Assembly: GCA_002269645.1 (NCBI GenBank)
Contig: NIVC01000065.1
Location: 1-64,000 of the forward strand
Length of the DNA stretch: 64,000 nucleotides
Direction of reading: 5' to 3'
Origin: Macrostomum lignano
Taxonomy: Eukaryota
A program made the translations under genes and the position numbers. Within the stretch, counting starts at the first letter, position 1, and the number at the start of each line of letters is the position of its first letter. Of this stretch, positions 60,661 to 64,000 are shown one piece after another. The notes beneath the pieces are model-generated. The model did no database searches and was not told the origin of the DNA. It saw only the letters and a list, made by a program, of their open reading frames with translations.

Positions 60661-63241
60661 TTAGACTTTAGCTGTTTCAACTTGGTAATCGTCAAATTCG
60701 TGTTTGGCGATACAAGACGCGTGCCCTTCGCTCTTCATCTCGCAGTGTGCAGCAGGAACCTCTCCAGTGCTCATCCGTCTATTTTGCTGTTCGAATCCTT
60801 CCGCATTAAATTGACCTCGCCGACGGTAATAAATATATCTAATTATTATCCCCATGAGCATCGCAACTAAACATACGATGGTTATAACTACGAACAGGTC
60901 AATAGAGCCATTTCTAAACTGTTTCTCCTGCAACTGCTGACTAAAAGTTCTGTCCAGGAAATTCTTCAGGCAGTTGTTCGCACCTGCAGCAAGAGATTCA
61001 TTTGAGGGGCTCTCGGGAAAGCTCAGCAGAGACCTGGCTGAGGACCTGCAGCTCGAGAAGTTGAGCTGATCAGTCGAGAATCCGGCAAGCATCAGCGATG
61101 CGCACTGCACTGATTGGCCAGAATCCCAAAGTCCTGGCTCCCTGCCAGTTCAGGAGGGACTGTCGTTGATGATTCTGCGAATTTAAACGGTATTGATTCG
61201 AGAAGTCGTCCTATATTGTCACTTACCTAACCAGAAGATAAAGTTCTTGGGCATCTCTGGGGCTGATTAGGGCAACTGAGCACGAGCCAGCGGCATTGTC
61301 CAGAAAAAACATTCTGCCTGACGATACATTGTAGAACAGTCCGACTCTGACTGGGACTTGGCTTAGGTCCAGAGGCATGAGGAATGGGTAGCGATACTGT
61401 CTCTGTTGATCTGAAATATGCATGAAATGATACAAAGCTGGGAACTTAACATTAGTGATACGGAGGCATAAAAGCAGCTCGGCCTGGTACCACGAGAAAT
61501 GACCAGCATGAGCAGCAGCTCAGCACTGTACCCATGAGCAATGACCAGCATGAGTAGCAGCTCAGCACTCACTGTCCCTCATCAGCTCATGCAGCTGCTC
61601 CGTCCCGGAGATCGCAGCCAGCTCAACTCCAGTCCCGCTCAGATCCGACAGCCGCAGCTCCGAGTCGGAGATGAAGAGGCAGCGGCCCCGATGCAGCAGC
61701 ATGTGCCTGCCGCAGAAGCCCTTCTTGGCCACCGCGATGGTCAGCTCGATGCGACCGCAGCTCGCGCTCAGCTCGTCGCTCGTCGAGAACCGGACCGTCA
61801 GCAGCTGCGAGCTGTTAAGCATTACAGGCAATAATTACATTGCTCAGCTGTCCCACAGTTGGTAAGCTTAAGTGCTTACACTGCAAGTACAGTACTACGA
61901 AACTCACTTGTTCATCACTGAAACAACCAATGGAGCTTGCGGCAAATTCGTCCCATTCTTCCAGGTCTTGAGGAACCCGGAGTCTAAGTTGTACGAGGTT
62001 TACGCGAATAGGGACTGAACTTTCTGTATTTAACAAAAACGTTTTGTGCTCTGAAAAGTCGCACCTCATTGCAGACCTTAATTTTATTTCTGAAGCTACG
62101 AGTATAGACTTTACACTAAAGTAACTAACTCTCACCGAAGTTCTTGGGAGCACGAGAAGTTCCCGCAGACGAATCGTTCGCCGAGATTTGCCCGTGGAGA
62201 TTTGCCCGCCGAGATTTGCCCGCCGAGATTTTCCCGCCGAGATTTGCCCGCCGAGATTTTCCCGCGGTGCATTTGCCTGTGAGCGAATTTCCCGCGATGA
62301 TTTGCCCGCTGAGGTTTGCCGGTAATGCATTTTTCCTGCAGAGCATTTGGCAGCTAGATTTTGTCTGTACGCTCGTATTATCCCCCCCCCCAAGAAAAAA
62401 GTTATGAATTTGATATGAAGTTACGATGAAAACGTTTTGATCGTGTAAATCTCTTTATAAAGATTTATATGTACTAAGGATTGGGAAGGCAATGCAGACA
62501 AAATCTGCCGGGTGGCCAAATGCGCTGCAGGAAAAAGAATTGCGGGCAAACCTCGGCGGGAAAAAACTCGGCGGGCAACTCTCTCGCGGGCAAATTGAAC
62601 TGCGGCAAATCTCAATGGACCCGAAGTTCTTACCTAACTACCTAACTACCTCAAATCCTAGCCAACTCTCAGAACTGCGCTTCTACGTGCACATAGTACG
62701 AGTACTAGTACGAGCTAGAATTGCAAGTCCGTGTGGTCTTTTCTAAATTTTGGCCAACGCTTTCTCTTTCATTGTTTCTGCTTATGCGTGTTTATTCGTC
62801 TTGGAGAGTCTGGGGTAGACAGCTCTTCACTATGGGGAACAGCAGTTTTACCCTCGGCAACCTCAGTTGGATTTTTATGAATTATCCTGGTGCCCTGTTA
62901 AAGGCTAAAGGTAAGTGGGAAAAGTATGAAGGCTACTCGTGTCGCTGCCATCAATGCTGCGGAGCCCCTATAACTCACCTTTCAGCAGCGCGGTCAGCTC
63001 AGACGGACATCCGGGTCCGCTCGCAGCAGCACCCGGCTGACGGTGGCCGAGCCGAAGCGACAGCACGAGCTGCAGCGGCTGAGTCATGCGGCCCAGCCTC
63101 ACCTCCCAGCTGCATCGCTGCGATGAGACGAGTCCGTACACCTCCCAGTGGTTGGTAAGCAGAGTCTCCGGCTGGTCTGAGTCAGCGTTCATTGAGAACG
63201 CTTTGATGCTGTCCTGGATGCAGTAGTGGTGAGCAGCCTCG
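60661..63241 (-). pseudogene. Receptor copy 5: A 62979-63241 (signal peptide missing in window), B 61908-61983, C 61573-61811, D 61227-61410, E 60661-61141
   Basis: B-C-D-E splice in frame, and C has an in-frame 3-nt deletion. Similarity to copy 4 exon A ends abruptly at 63241, 62 nt short of the ATG, at a LINE remnant. Confidence 0.65.
62146..62622. mobile_element. Mutator-like MITE (477 bp) in intron A-B of copy 5
   Basis: Perfect 9-bp TSD GAAGTTCTT (62137-62145 and 62623-62631), GGG...CCC ends, long imperfect inverted arms built of gagatttgcccgcc units. Confidence 0.88.
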
Positions 63242-63900
63242 ATCCTTAAGAGTGGATTTCATTGCATTGCTTCCATCAGAAGAATGAATTTGAATAAAAT
63301 TTAGAATGCATGAAGGTTTAGAATCTGAATATGCAAAATGAGGCACTCTTGATTTGATGTGAGTTTTTAATATTGGAATTAAGTTAAGCGCTGTCTTATT
63401 CCAAAGGGAAGTTGCTATGAGAATGAAGATCCAGGATGTCGGTTCATCGTACGCACGTCGTACATACGGTTTGGCTACTGTTTGTAGTTAAGATCTATTT
63501 GTAAGTTTTATGTGAGTCACGTTCGTGTCTTCCACTGTGATGAAACTTTTCCAAGGTTGGCGGAAGACTATCAGAATAGCTGCAGAGTTTGATGCCGATA
63601 TGCAGAAGGATACTGCATACCACATTGGATTGTTGCTCTTCGGCCGGGGCGGATCCAGCAGAAGTTCATCATGAGATGAACAGGTTGATCAATCAGCATT
63701 GGTGTCCATTTAACTCCTGGGTCTTTCAGCCTGCTCTAGGAAGGCGGAGAGTTCCTTAGACCAGGGCAACCTTTGGAGACATGCCAATATGCAGACAGAG
63801 AGACGACTCTTGAAGCTGCATGCGGCGGGAACAACAAGGCAGGCAGACCTTGTCGAAGGCATTGTGCTGAATACTTGTGAATGATCCTGTTGTGTACCAT
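63242..63900 (-). mobile_element. Highly decayed CR1/L2-like LINE 3' fragment
   Basis: Minus-strand remnants AFDKV, ATSLWNK and IKSRV in the expected order, with many stops and frameshifts. Confidence 0.5.
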
Positions 63901-64000
63901 GCGTTGCTTCTCGTTGCATTCTCTAAGGGGGTGGGTGATGTTGTGTATGCGGCTTTTGCGGGTCTACGACAATTGACTGCCACAATTTGACTGCCACAAT

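Overview
Eukaryotic animal DNA with no prokaryotic features. GC-rich exons, GT/GC-AG introns and introns filled with private minisatellites suggest a free-living flatworm such as Macrostomum, but this is inference only. The first 37 kb hold six co-directional + strand genes: Hakai/CBLL1 (three single-base frameshifts), a RING-less B-box-like/coiled-coil gene, ARL1, phosphoserine phosphatase, MDH1B (9 exons) and a PH + PDZ-like gene. The 7.4-kb intron 7 of MDH1B is almost wholly a stack of antisense Penelope-like/retrozyme-like elements with five hammerhead-type motifs, each anchored on a GATA microsatellite; one unit carries a mariner insertion. From 40.4 to 63.2 kb is a tandem array of five minus-strand copies of an unrecognised type I membrane gene (signal peptide, CUB-like, degenerate C-type lectin, TM). 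The copies are mosaic: exon C is nearly identical in all five, while exons D-E (the lectin ligand-loop half, stalk, TM and tail) are highly divergent, and the switch falls in a 42-nt intronic minisatellite. Two copies look intact and three have lesions only at the 5' end. hAT and Mutator MITEs with target-site duplications and LOA-, RTE- and CR1-like LINE fragments are interspersed. All exon structures were derived by hand and need RNA support.
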